Positions 40,277-50,196 of a DNA stretch of 64,000 bases are shown here, piece by piece. The notes under the pieces were generated by a model. It did no database searches. It saw nothing but the letters and a program-made list of their open reading frames with translations, and had not been told where the DNA came from. This stretch comes from Polyangiales bacterium (lineage in GTDB: Bacteria; Myxococcota_A; Polyangia; Polyangiales; Polyangiaceae). The stretch spans positions 96,001-160,000 of the forward strand of contig JBBRLQ010000010.1 of NCBI GenBank assembly GCA_038231275.1, written 5' to 3'. Within the stretch, counting starts at the first letter, position 1. Each line of letters begins with the position of its first letter. The translations under genes were made by a program, and so were the position numbers.

Positions 40277-41837
40277 CGGCTCCCGCCGCGACGAGGACGC
40301 CGAAGACGCCCGCCCAACTCGGCGCGTCGTTTCGCGAAGGTCCAACGCTGCAGCCCGACGAGGCTCCGGGCGGAGCATCGACGCCGCCACCGCCACCGCC
40401 GCCGCCGCCGCCCGCGCCGTTGCCCGATGAGCCACCGGCGCCGCCGTCGTCACCGGGAACGCCCGCGTCGAGCGACGCGCCGGGCGGCACGACCATGAGG
40501 TGAACCTTGAGGAGACCATCGGCCGGCGTGTCGGTGAACCACGCGACGCCGTCCTCGACCAGATCGAACGCGAGCGTCGTGTCGCCGACGGTCTTCGTGT
40601 CGAGCGCGAGGGCGAAGCGGCCCACCGCGCCGGGCGCGACGTCGGCGGCGATCGTCGAGACGCGCGTAGGGGAGAGCCAAGACGCGTCGGCGAACGGCGA
40701 GGGCTTGTCGCGCGGGAGCGGCGCGAGCTTCGTGGTGCCCGCCTTCCACGGCTTGGTGCCCGTGTTCGTGACCTCGACGTACCCGGTGACGGCATCCCCC
40801 TGATGAACGGCGAGCGCGCTCGGCGCGGCGGGGAACGACTGGTCCTTCAGCTCGGCGCGGTAGTCCGGCAGGACGACGTCGATCTTCACCTCGAGCTGGT
40901 TGTCCGCGGGTCCGCCCTGACCGGAGTCGCTGAACCACGCGGCACCCTCTTGTACGACGCCGAAGAACTCGTCGTGCGTCCCGGTCGCTTGCGGCGCGGC
41001 GAGGTCGAACGTGAACTTGTACGTCCCGCCCGGCGGGACCGTTCCCTTCACGGCGGCGGGGCGGCTCGGCGAGAGCCACGACGCGTCGGCGAACACGCTC
41101 TTTCGCTCGCGCGCCTGCGTCGTCGCGAGGCGCGTGTTCGAGTCCCACGTCTTCGTGCCGACGTTCTTCAGCTCGATGAACGACGGAAGGACCTGCCCCT
41201 CCGCCATCGTCAGCGCCGTCGCCGCGGGCGGAAAGCTCTGGCTCACGAACGCCGCAGCGTAGGGGGGCGCCGCTCCGTAGGCTGCGAGCACCGCCTTCGC
41301 GTACGCGATGCGCTGCGACTGCACGCACGTGCCGCAGCCTTCGAAGTCGGTCTGGAAGACGACGGTCGCGTCGGTCACGTTCGTCGTCTGACGGAGCTTC
41401 GCGAGGCCGTAGCCGGAGAACGTGGAGAGCTCGTACCAAATGAAATCGAGCTGGAGGCCGAGGCTCCACACGGACTGGCCGTGCTGGTTCGCGTACGCGG
41501 TGGCGTTGTCGGTGCTGCCGGTGTCCCAGCGTCCGCCGACCGACCATTGCGCGATGCCGCGCCCTGGTCCGCCGGGCTGCACGGCAGTGGGGCTCGAGCC
41601 CGACTCCTGATCCAGGTTGCCGACGATGCCCGCCGCCTGAAAATTCGTGAGCCCCTTTCCGACGAAGTACTGGTAGACGGCCTTGTCGTTGGTGAAGAGG
41701 TAAGGCGTCAGCGCCGCCTCGCCTTCGACGGCGTTCTCGTTCCCGGGCGCCCCGCCCGAGTCGCCGCAGCCCGCGAGCGTCACGACGAGGCCGAGCGTCG
41801 CAAGAGTCGCCAAGAAAGGTGCGCGCAAGAGGAGCAT
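40203..41837 (-). CDS. Phage-tail-lysozyme-domain protein with two NBR1-Ig-like domains and MYXO-CTERM-like tail
   Basis: LAGC lipobox; QAAGIVGNLDQES, GRGIAQWS, QLDFIWYEL; two 'KN.GTK.W...T.LA' Ig-like repeats; GCSV + TM + RR. Confidence 0.82.
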   Translation of the reverse strand: MLLLRAPFLATLATLGLVVTLAGCGDSGGAPGNENAVEGEAALTPYLFTNDKAVYQYFVGKGLTNFQAAGIVGNLDQESGSSPTAVQPGGPGRGIAQWSVGGRWDTGSTDNATAYANQHGQSVWSLGLQLDFIWYELSTFSGYGLAKLRQTTNVTDATVVFQTDFEGCGTCVQSQRIAYAKAVLAAYGAAPPYAAAFVSQSFPPAATALTMAEGQVLPSFIELKNVGTKTWDSNTRLATTQARERKSVFADASWLSPSRPAAVKGTVPPGGTYKFTFDLAAPQATGTHDEFFGVVQEGAAWFSDSGQGGPADNQLEVKIDVVLPDYRAELKDQSFPAAPSALAVHQGDAVTGYVEVTNTGTKPWKAGTTKLAPLPRDKPSPFADASWLSPTRVSTIAADVAPGAVGRFALALDTKTVGDTTLAFDLVEDGVAWFTDTPADGLLKVHLMVVPPGASLDAGVPGDDGGAGGSSGNGAGGGGGGGGGGVDAPPGASSGCSVGPSRNDAPSWAGVFGVLVAAGAVTRRARARGARRTSAVRPRTPTRT

Positions 41838-41849
41838 GGCGACGCCCTA

Positions 41850-41865
41850 CGCAATGCGTGTGCCC
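41850..41865 (-). promoter_or_regulatory. Putative sigma54 promoter
   Basis: GGGCACACGCATTGCG; the -12 GC lies 13 nt before the ATG at 41837. Confidence 0.6.
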
Positions 41866-42014
41866 CGCTCAAAGGGCCTATTTTTGCCGCGGATTGACGT
41901 GGTTCACCGCGGAACCACCCGCCGGTCCTCGCGAGCTGCGCGCGAGGGCGCGCGATCGATCGCGCCGGTCGCGAAGGGGACAGGATGCCTCGGCGGGCGC
42001 GCCTTCTCGCTCCG

Positions 42015-42030
42015 TGGCACATTGGCTGCA
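42015..42030 (+). promoter_or_regulatory. Putative sigma54 promoter
   Basis: TGGCACATTGGCTGCA upstream of the DUF1592/DUF1552 pair. Confidence 0.55.
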
Positions 42031-42078
42031 CCGCGCACGGCGCCGCTCGCAGTCCAACCAGGGCGCCGAGGAAAATCG

Positions 42079-43764
42079 ATGGGATCCGCAGCCACGACGA
42101 CGCGCGCGCCGCTCCGAGGGCTCCTCGTGCCGCTCGTGCTCACGGCGATCCTGTCGCTCGATTGCTACGGGACGAGTGGCGGCGGGGATACGGCGGGGCA
42201 GCCCGGCGCGCCTGCGGTGGCGCCGACGCTCACGCCGACGCGCCGGCTTCGTCGTCTGAGCCGCCGCGAGTACGACAACGTCGTCCGCGATCTCCTCGGC
42301 GACACGTCGCATCCCGCGCGGGCGTTCGTCGCCGACGCGTACGCCAACGGCTACGACAACGGCTCGGCGGGCCTCGCGGTGCAGTCCGATCAGGTCGCGT
42401 CGTACCAAGCCGCCGCCGAGTCGCTCGCCGCCGCCGCCGTCGCGCGTGACCTGGGCCGACTCATTGGCGGGTGCGACGTCGCCACGATGGGCGCCGACGG
42501 CTGCGTGGATGCGTTCTTCGACGCCTTCGCCGCGCGCGCGTTCCGTCGCCCGCTCTTCGCTCCCGAAAAGCAGCGCCTGCGCGACGTCTTCCACGCCGAG
42601 CTCGCCGCGGGCAGCGATTTCGTCACCGGCGTGCGCACGCTGATCGAGGTCGTCCTCCAGTCGCCGCAGTTCTTGTACCGCGAGGAGCTCGGACCGATCG
42701 GCGCGCTTGGATCGCCGGGAAAATCCTTGAGGCTCAGCGACTGGGAAATCGCGTCCGAGCTCTCGTTTCTGCTCACCGGCTCATCGCCCGACGACGCGCT
42801 CTGGTCCGCGGTGCAAAATGGTCGATTCACGACCGACGACGATCGCCGTCGCGAGGCGGCGAGGCTCGTGGCGACTCCCGGTGCGAAGGAAGCGCTCAGG
42901 ACGTTCTTGCACGCGTGGCTCGGCACCGACCGGCTCGTCGATCTGAGCAAAGATCCCGCCGCGTACCCTGCCTTCGACCTGACCACCGCGGCGTCGATGC
43001 GCGGCGAGCTCGATCGCGTCTACGACGACGCGCTCGCGGCGCCCGACGGATCCCTTCGTCGCCTCTTCACGTCGAGCGCGTCGTACGTCGACGACGCGCT
43101 CGCCCCCGTCTACGGGCTTCCGCTCGCCGGCGGCAGCGCCGATTTTCGGCCGGTCGCGCTCGATCCTGCGCTCCGGCGGGGCGTGCTCACGCGCGCCGGC
43201 TTCCTCGCGGTCCACGCGGACACTGACGGCTCCGGACCGATCGCGCGCGGCGTGTTCGTGCTCGGCGCGATCATGTGCGCAGCGCCCGCGCCGCCGCCTC
43301 CCAACGTCCCGCCCGCCGTTCCTGCGGGCGATCCGAGCGCGCAGAACCTCACGACGCGCCAGCGATTCGAGCGCCACGTGTCCACGCCCTTCTGCGCGAG
43401 CTGCCACACCCGCATCGACGGCATCGGCTTCGGCTTCGAGCAGTTCGACGCGATCGGCGCCCTCCGGTCCATCGAGCGGGGACAACCGGTCGACACGAGC
43501 GGCGCCGTCGTCGGCACCGGCGAGGTCGACGGCGCCTTCGTCGGCGCGTCCGAGCTCGACGCCAAGCTCGCCGGGAGCAAGGTGCTGAGCGACTGCTACA
43601 TGCGGCAGGCGTACCGGTTCGCGATGGGGCAAGTCGAGCCGGACGGAACCGATCCGACGCGCCTCGCGGGCGGATTTTCGTCCGACGCGCGTCTGGTCGA
43701 TCTCTTCCTCGCGATCGTCGCCGATCCGGTGTTCGTGACGCGCACCTTCGAGGCGCGACCATGA
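42079..43764 (+). CDS. DUF1592/DUF1588-type protein with CxxCH
   Basis: RRLSRREYDNVVRDLLG, LQSPQFLYR, IASELSF, RRGVLT, CASCH, GFGFEQFDAIG. Confidence 0.9.
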   Translation: MGSAATTTRAPLRGLLVPLVLTAILSLDCYGTSGGGDTAGQPGAPAVAPTLTPTRRLRRLSRREYDNVVRDLLGDTSHPARAFVADAYANGYDNGSAGLAVQSDQVASYQAAAESLAAAAVARDLGRLIGGCDVATMGADGCVDAFFDAFAARAFRRPLFAPEKQRLRDVFHAELAAGSDFVTGVRTLIEVVLQSPQFLYREELGPIGALGSPGKSLRLSDWEIASELSFLLTGSSPDDALWSAVQNGRFTTDDDRRREAARLVATPGAKEALRTFLHAWLGTDRLVDLSKDPAAYPAFDLTTAASMRGELDRVYDDALAAPDGSLRRLFTSSASYVDDALAPVYGLPLAGGSADFRPVALDPALRRGVLTRAGFLAVHADTDGSGPIARGVFVLGAIMCAAPAPPPPNVPPAVPAGDPSAQNLTTRQRFERHVSTPFCASCHTRIDGIGFGFEQFDAIGALRSIERGQPVDTSGAVVGTGEVDGAFVGASELDAKLAGSKVLSDCYMRQAYRFAMGQVEPDGTDPTRLAGGFSSDARLVDLFLAIVADPVFVTRTFEARP

Positions 43765-45116
43765 GCCGCATGTCCTTCGGCCGCCGCAAGCTCCTCATGG
43801 CCCTCGCCGCGGTGCCCGCGACGGCGTCGTTCGCGCGCACGCTCCTCGCAGGGCCGCCGCCGCCGGGCACGCCACCGGACAAGCGGCTCGTCCTCGTCAT
43901 GCAGAACAACGGCACGCAGCAGGCGAAATTTTGGCCAGGCGCGACCATGAGCTCGCCGATCCTCGATCATCTGTTCGTCGATGCGGCGACCGGCCAGGAC
44001 AACGGTCTCAAGGCGAAGACGACCATCGTGAAGGGCGTGTACGTGCCCAACGACGGCAACGGCACGAACGGAAATCAGCACGACATGGGCTTCGCTCGCA
44101 TGTTCACCGGCGCCAAGCTGACGGCGCTCGGCGGGCAACCATGGGGAGGCGCAGCGTCGGTGGACCAGCTCGTCGCGCGCGCGTGGAACGTCGACACGCT
44201 CACGCTCGCCGTGCTGGCGTCGCAGACCGAGCCGCACCCCAAGCCGGGCTTCGATCACCGAGAGTCGTTCTCGTACCTAGGCCCTGCGACGCTCAAGCAC
44301 CCGCGCAAGGATCCGCGCGCGATCTTCGACTACCTGTTCCCGCCAAGCGGCGCGGGGCAGAACGATCCGGCGGTGGCGCGCCGTCGCGCGAGCGTCCTCG
44401 ACGCGGTCGCGGGAAACCTCGGCGACGTCTCGGCCCGCCTCGGCGCCGACGAGCGAGCGAAGCTCGACTACCACCTCTCCGCCATTCGCGACGTCGAGCG
44501 GCGCGTCACCAACACCTGCGGAATCCCCGACGGGCGCCCGCCGGATTACCTCGCACTCGACGGGACCGCCGAGGTGAGCACCGACGCGTACATCACGCGC
44601 ATGGTCGACGACATGATCGATCTGCTCGTCCTGTCCATGAAGTGCGGCATCAGTCGCATCGCGACGCTGCAGCTCGGGTACGGCGGCGGAAAATGGCGCT
44701 TCGGGTGGCAGGGCATCAACCTGAACTGCCACGACGGCGTCGCGCACCTCGACACGTCGGACGGCGGGAGCAGCGCCGTCAACACCGAGCGCGTCGTCCT
44801 CATGAACCAGTACTACGCGAGCCGCGTCGCCAAGCTCGCCACGCAGCTCGACGCGATCCCGGAGGGCAGCGGCACGATGCTCGACAACACGCTGCTCGTC
44901 TGGGCGAACGAGCTCGGGCGCGGCGATCACAACCAGGAGAACGTGCCGATCGTGCTCATCGGCAAGGCCGGCGGCGCGCTGCCCAAGGGCGGGCGCGTGA
45001 TCGACGCCGGGCGTCAGCCGTTCAACCGCCTCGGCTGCACCATCCTCCGCGCGATGGGGCAGCCGGCGGCGGGCTTCGGCGACGTGCCGGACTGCGGCGT
45101 CTTCCACGGTTTGTAA
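43761..45116 (+). CDS. DUF1552-type Tat-exported protein
   Basis: ATGA coupling; GRRKLL; SVDQLVA, SVLDAV, KLDYHLSAIRDVE, EGSGTMLDNTL. Confidence 0.9.
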   Translation: MSRMSFGRRKLLMALAAVPATASFARTLLAGPPPPGTPPDKRLVLVMQNNGTQQAKFWPGATMSSPILDHLFVDAATGQDNGLKAKTTIVKGVYVPNDGNGTNGNQHDMGFARMFTGAKLTALGGQPWGGAASVDQLVARAWNVDTLTLAVLASQTEPHPKPGFDHRESFSYLGPATLKHPRKDPRAIFDYLFPPSGAGQNDPAVARRRASVLDAVAGNLGDVSARLGADERAKLDYHLSAIRDVERRVTNTCGIPDGRPPDYLALDGTAEVSTDAYITRMVDDMIDLLVLSMKCGISRIATLQLGYGGGKWRFGWQGINLNCHDGVAHLDTSDGGSSAVNTERVVLMNQYYASRVAKLATQLDAIPEGSGTMLDNTLLVWANELGRGDHNQENVPIVLIGKAGGALPKGGRVIDAGRQPFNRLGCTILRAMGQPAAGFGDVPDCGVFHGL

Positions 45117-45140
45117 CTCCATCCCTCTCCCTCATGCGGG

Positions 45141-45338
45141 TCAGTGACGACCGGAACGCTCGGCGGGCCCCTCTGCACGGCGCATGCGCTCCGCGTCGGC
45201 GGGGCGACGCGCGGGGGCGTCGACCGCGAAGCCCATGACGGAATGGGCACGGGGCGCCCCCGTGGACGTGTTCTCGGCCGCACAGCCCGTCGCCACGATG
45301 CTCACGAAAACGAGACCGACGATCGTGATGGTGTTCAT
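45141..45338 (-). CDS. Small lipoprotein, 65 aa
   Basis: GGAGG RBS, hydrophobic signal, ATGC lipobox. Confidence 0.6.
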   Translation of the reverse strand: MNTITIVGLVFVSIVATGCAAENTSTGAPRAHSVMGFAVDAPARRPADAERMRRAEGPAERSGRH

Positions 45339-45449
45339 GTCTTCATCCTCCCGCGGCGCTTGATTGCGCCTCTCGAAGAGGCAGTCGCCGGCCGGGGAGG
45401 GTGTGAAGAAATAATCGAAAATCCCCCCAAAAATGGGGACGCGACCAGA

Positions 45450-48074
45450 CTACGGTTTTGGTAAGCCGGCGCCGCACCCGAGCGCCTTGCGACGCGCGCG
45501 CGCCGTGTCGGCGCTGACGCTTCGCGGTTTCGCGTTGCCGAACCGCGCGAGGACCCTCGCGTAGGCGTCGCACGCGCCGGGGGTGTCGCTCTTGGCTTCG
45601 AGCGCCCGGCCGAGATCGAGCGCGGCGTGCACGTGCGCGAAGGGGGAGTGGAAGACTCCGCACTCGGCGACCGCGTGCCGCAGGAACGGAAGGGCTTCGT
45701 CGACGCGGTTTGCGAGGAGGTATACGCGTCCCACCTCGCCGTCAGGAATGCCGACGTCGTTCGAAGGGAACCCCATTCCGACTACGACGGGGCTGAGTGG
45801 TACGTACTCCGGGAGAGCTCGGAGCGCCGCGTCGGCCTCGTCGCGGGTCAGCGCGGGCGCGGCGTATGCGTAGATCCAGAGCACGCCGCGAACCGCGCCC
45901 ATCTCGCCACGCGTGGCGATCCATTTCGCGCGCTCTGCCTCCAGACCGCCGGAGCCGCCGCGTCCAAGCCGATACAAGTACGGCCAGAGGTCCACGCCGT
46001 GCGTCAGCGAGCTCTCCGCTGTCCACGAGTCGGCCTGCTCGACGTACGCCGAGGCTGCTGCGCGTGCCCCGGCGAGGTCGCCGGTCTCGAGACGAGCCCC
46101 CACTTGGCGCATGGCGAGCGCGTAGTGGGGCTGCTGCTCGGTTCGCGCCAACGGATCCGCGGCGAGCGTCGCGGCCTCTTTCTCCATGAGGTCGGCCGCT
46201 CGCTCGAAGTCCCCGTCGAGCATCGCGAGCTGCGACTCGAGCTCGGCTGCTGCGATGGCCCGACGTGGCTCGGGCGTGGTGCCGATTGCTTGCGTCGCCG
46301 CCTCGCGAATGACCTGGGGAGAGCGGCTATTGCCCACCTTCGCCCAGAGAAGCCAATACCCCGCGTACCAAGGCGCGCGGTCCGCAGCCCGGCGAATGTT
46401 GCGCTCGAAATCCGCGCAGCGGCCGTCCACCCAATCGGCGAACCCCAGCCAAAGGTACGGATCGCTCGCGCCGACGGAAGTGGCAACGCCGCGCTCGAAC
46501 GCGGCGCGGGCCTCCTCCGTGCGCCCCATCGAGAGCAGCGCCATGCCACGCGTCTCCCAGGATTGGGCGTCGCGCGGGTCGAGCTCTGTGGCGCGCGTGC
46601 TGGGCGCGAGCGACGCGGGGGTTGCGTAGTTCATGATGCCTATCCACATGAAGATCTCGGCGTCGCTGGGGTAGCGTCGCGTCAACGCGTCCAGGCGTCG
46701 CAGCGCCTCCCCGCCGTCGGGCTGTGTGAACTGCAGAACCGGCTCCATGGCCTCCAGGAGGTCGCGGTCCCGCTCGGTCAGCTGTTTGCGGAGGCCCGCG
46801 GCCTTCGCGTACGCGGCGCGTTTTGCCTCCGGGCTCAGCAGCGCGAGACCGGTCATCGCGGTTCGCATGTACGCGGCCGCAAGCCCCGGATCGAGCTCGC
46901 TCGCGCGAATGAAGTGCTGGTTCGCCATCCCGAAGTTGTCGTCGTGCATCATCTCCAGTCCCGCCGCGTATTCGCTCGCTGCCTCGGGCACGGATGTCGG
47001 CGGTGGCGGCAGGTTCACGAGCGTGGTGACGTTCACCGTCACGCTGGGCACCGGCGTCGTCGCGTGCGTGGGGACGGTCGCGCGGAGCCCGAGCGCGATG
47101 GCGAGCGCTGCCGCCACGCCGGAGGTCGCGACGATCCCCAGCCATCGCCGCCCCGCAGGTCGCGCCGTGCCAATCGTGTCGAGCGCCGCGAGCATCTCGT
47201 CCGCCGAGGCGAACCGCTCGTCTGGCGCCTTCCTCAGGCACCTCAGGATCACCCTCTCCAGGGCTTCGTCGAGCCCGTCGAGGCGCCGCGGTTCGTCGCG
47301 CAGGACCGCCGCGAGGATCTCCGCGGTCGTCGCGCCACCGAACGGACGCTCGCCGCTCGCCATCTCGTAGAGGACGACGCCTAGCGAGAACAGATCGCTT
47401 CGCGCGTCGATCGATTTTCCCGCAGCCTGCTCGGGGGACATGTACGCGGGCGTCCCCATCACGCGCCCCTCGTCCGTCGCGGTGTCCTGAAGCGCGAGCG
47501 CGCTCTCGACCTCTCGCACTTTGGCGAGACCGAAGTCGAGGATCTTCACGGTGCCGTCCTTGGCCAGCATGACGTTTTCGGGCTTCAAATCCCGGTGAAT
47601 TACGCCCTTTTCGTGCGCGCCCGCGAGGCCGCGGAGCATCTCGCGCGCGACGCGGATCGCCTCGCTCACGCCGAGCCTTCCCGCCGCGGCGAGGCGCGCG
47701 CGGAGAGACTCTCCCTCGACCAGCTCCATCACGATGAAGACGCGTCCGTCGGCCTCGCCCACGTCGTGGATGGCGGCGAGGTTCGGGTGCGTGATCGCCG
47801 CCGCCGATCGGGCTTCGCGCAGGAGTCGGCTCCTCCGCTCGTCGTCGCCCGCGAGCGACTCCGGCAGCACCTTGATCGCGACCTCGCGACGGAGCTTCGT
47901 GTCGGTCGCGCGGTACACGACGCCCATTCCGCCGGCGCCGAGCTTCGCGTCGATCCGGAACTGCCCGAGCGCTTTCCCGACGAGGCTCGCGGGAGGCGCC
48001 ACGGGCTCGGCCCGCGCGACGTCGCGGATGAACGAGTCGGTCGCGCTCGCGCCGTCTGTCTTCTTCTCGCTCAC
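45450..48074 (-). CDS. Hanks-type Ser/Thr protein kinase with TM segment and TPR-like region
   Basis: GAGGMGVVY, VAIK, HRDLKPEN, DFGLAK, GTPAYMSPEQ. Confidence 0.93.
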   Translation of the reverse strand: MSEKKTDGASATDSFIRDVARAEPVAPPASLVGKALGQFRIDAKLGAGGMGVVYRATDTKLRREVAIKVLPESLAGDDERRSRLLREARSAAAITHPNLAAIHDVGEADGRVFIVMELVEGESLRARLAAAGRLGVSEAIRVAREMLRGLAGAHEKGVIHRDLKPENVMLAKDGTVKILDFGLAKVREVESALALQDTATDEGRVMGTPAYMSPEQAAGKSIDARSDLFSLGVVLYEMASGERPFGGATTAEILAAVLRDEPRRLDGLDEALERVILRCLRKAPDERFASADEMLAALDTIGTARPAGRRWLGIVATSGVAAALAIALGLRATVPTHATTPVPSVTVNVTTLVNLPPPPTSVPEAASEYAAGLEMMHDDNFGMANQHFIRASELDPGLAAAYMRTAMTGLALLSPEAKRAAYAKAAGLRKQLTERDRDLLEAMEPVLQFTQPDGGEALRRLDALTRRYPSDAEIFMWIGIMNYATPASLAPSTRATELDPRDAQSWETRGMALLSMGRTEEARAAFERGVATSVGASDPYLWLGFADWVDGRCADFERNIRRAADRAPWYAGYWLLWAKVGNSRSPQVIREAATQAIGTTPEPRRAIAAAELESQLAMLDGDFERAADLMEKEAATLAADPLARTEQQPHYALAMRQVGARLETGDLAGARAAASAYVEQADSWTAESSLTHGVDLWPYLYRLGRGGSGGLEAERAKWIATRGEMGAVRGVLWIYAYAAPALTRDEADAALRALPEYVPLSPVVVGMGFPSNDVGIPDGEVGRVYLLANRVDEALPFLRHAVAECGVFHSPFAHVHAALDLGRALEAKSDTPGACDAYARVLARFGNAKPRSVSADTARARRKALGCGAGLPKP

Positions 48075-48140
48075 CGGCCCCCCTTCACGTCGATGCTAGG
48101 GAAGCCGGTCGGCGCGCTCAAGGTCCGTCTCGCGGCGCCT

Positions 48141-48911
48141 TCATGCGCGCGGCGACATCAGCGCGCGGCGGAACAGGTCGACGACCTTCGCGTAGAACGT
48201 CAGCGCGAGCTCCGGATCGTAGCGCGGCCCTTCGTCGCGCAAGAACGCGTGCTGCGCGTCGACCTCGTGCCACGTCATCGCGCAGCCGGCCTCTTCGAGG
48301 CGCGATCGGACCGCCGCGCGCCCGTCTTCGGGAACGTGAGGATCCTGTCGCCCCCACACCATGAAGAGCTCCCCCCGCACGTCGCCCGCGCGCGCCAGCG
48401 AGTCGTCACCGCCGGCGCCGAGCGACGCTTTGTGCAGATCGGTCGCGTAGAAGCACGCGGTCGCGCGCACGTCGGGCTGGAGCGCGGCGCGGAACGCGAG
48501 GTGGCCACCGATGCAGACTCCCATCGCACCGAGCCTGCCTGTGCAGTGCGGTGAGGACGCGAGAAAATCGAGCGCGGCGCGCGCGTCGGCGTCGTAGGCG
48601 GACACGGGCTTGCCGAGTTTGTCGCGGTTGCCGCGGTCCGCGCCGGGCGTGTCGTAGGCGAGCACGGTCCCTGGCGCTTCGAGGTCGTGGAAGATCTCCG
48701 GCACCGCAACGACGAAGCCATGCCCTGCAAGGAGCTGCGCCATTCGGTGGATGGGCCCGGTTCGCTGGAAGATCTCGGAGAAGAGGACGAGCCCGGGGAA
48801 ACGCGTCGCCGCCGCGACCGTCCCGAGGGGAAAGACGGGACGGTAGACGTAGGTGCGCATCGGACCGGACGAGGTCGGGAGATCGACGAACGGGTCTTCG
48901 ACCAGGAGCAT
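48141..48911 (-). CDS. Dienelactone hydrolase family protein
   Basis: SEIFQ, GVCIGGH (Cys nucleophile), QDPHV, HAFLRDEG. Confidence 0.92.
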   Translation of the reverse strand: MLLVEDPFVDLPTSSGPMRTYVYRPVFPLGTVAAATRFPGLVLFSEIFQRTGPIHRMAQLLAGHGFVVAVPEIFHDLEAPGTVLAYDTPGADRGNRDKLGKPVSAYDADARAALDFLASSPHCTGRLGAMGVCIGGHLAFRAALQPDVRATACFYATDLHKASLGAGGDDSLARAGDVRGELFMVWGRQDPHVPEDGRAAVRSRLEEAGCAMTWHEVDAQHAFLRDEGPRYDPELALTFYAKVVDLFRRALMSPRA

Positions 48912-48984
48912 CGGTCGAGCGTACAGGCTTCGATGGCCGGCGTCGGCGGCTGACGCTCCTACGCGCTCGACGTTCGCATCGCCA

Positions 48985-50046
48985 TTACGGCGCGATGCCG
49001 TCCCCCTGCGCGAGCGCGGACGCGGGCGGCGCCGCGACGAGCTCGAGGATCGGCGCGCCTGCGGTCTTCGCGGCGTCGCGAGGCAGGCCGAGGAGGACGC
49101 GCACGGTCGGTGCGACGTCGGCCAGGCGCCGCGCTCCGACGACGTCGATCGTCCCGCGAGCGCGAACGCCAGCGCCCGCTGCGACGAGCCACACGCGCGC
49201 GGACTCGGGGTAGGCGCCGCCGTGGTTGCGGAAGTCGGCGGCGCGCCCGTGATCGGCGGTGACGAAGACGGCGGTGCGCGCGCCGCGCTCGCCCATGCGA
49301 TCGAGTGTCGCGAACAGATCGGCGAGGACCCCGTCGGCCGCGTGGAGCGAGCGTAGGTATCCTGGCCGGTCGCCGCGGTGCGCGAGCTCGTCCGGCTCGC
49401 CGAGGCCGACGAACAAGAAGCCCGGCCGTTGGTGCTCGAGGTACGACAAGGCAGCGCGCGCCGTGAAGCGATCGGGCCGGAACGCGCCGACGCCCGGCCA
49501 CGGGTTCATCGGCTCGCCGAGGTCGCCGGTCTGCCCGGCCGAGACGAGGACGTCGCCGTGCAACGACGTCGCCGCGCGCTCGATGCACTCCCATGACGCA
49601 AAGACGGCTGCGCCCTGGCCCCGCGCGGCGACCTCATCCGCGAGCGTAGGTATGGCAACGGTGGCGCAGTCGTTGTCGCGACACCCGTCAGGCGTCCGGC
49701 CGGTGAAGATCTCGGTGTAGCCAGGCAGCGACACGTAGTTCGGTCCAGTGGCGCGAACCTCACCGCGCCCTGGTGCGCCGACCACCGCGCCGCGCGTCTG
49801 CGCGATGTCGGTGAGGTACGGCATGTTCATCGGATCGAGCACGTCCTGCCATCGCGCCCCGTCCAAGGTCACGATCACGACCGCTTCGGCGGCGGCCGGT
49901 GTCTCGGCGCTCACTTCGGCCGAGCTTGGAAGCGGGGTTCTGGCGGACGCCGCTTCGATGGGACGCGCGCCCGGTCCAGGCGCGCCGCACGAGAGCAAGA
50001 GCACAAGGAGCGGCGCGATCGGTCCGCGCCACGCGTGTCGTCTCAT
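48985..50046 (-). CDS. Alkaline phosphatase superfamily lipoprotein
   Basis: LLSC lipobox; TLDGARWQ, SLPGYTEIFTG, DELAH, TADHG, DVAPT. Confidence 0.85.
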   Translation of the reverse strand: MRRHAWRGPIAPLLVLLLSCGAPGPGARPIEAASARTPLPSSAEVSAETPAAAEAVVIVTLDGARWQDVLDPMNMPYLTDIAQTRGAVVGAPGRGEVRATGPNYVSLPGYTEIFTGRTPDGCRDNDCATVAIPTLADEVAARGQGAAVFASWECIERAATSLHGDVLVSAGQTGDLGEPMNPWPGVGAFRPDRFTARAALSYLEHQRPGFLFVGLGEPDELAHRGDRPGYLRSLHAADGVLADLFATLDRMGERGARTAVFVTADHGRAADFRNHGGAYPESARVWLVAAGAGVRARGTIDVVGARRLADVAPTVRVLLGLPRDAAKTAGAPILELVAAPPASALAQGDGIAP

Positions 50047-50196
50047 GGAAGAGAACGATGCAAGTTCCATGTGACGGGAGTGCGGCGCGACGCGCAATGC
50101 GCGGTAAACTGTAGGTGCCGCGCAGCGTCACACTACGCTCGCGCCCTCGCCGCAACCGGCGCGCATACGCATACGCTAGAGGCGTCCGGCGTGACG

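Noticed and set aside
40203..41837. Prophage remnant
   Set aside because: An isolated domain with host export and anchoring signals; no phage structural or integrase genes and no compositional shift.
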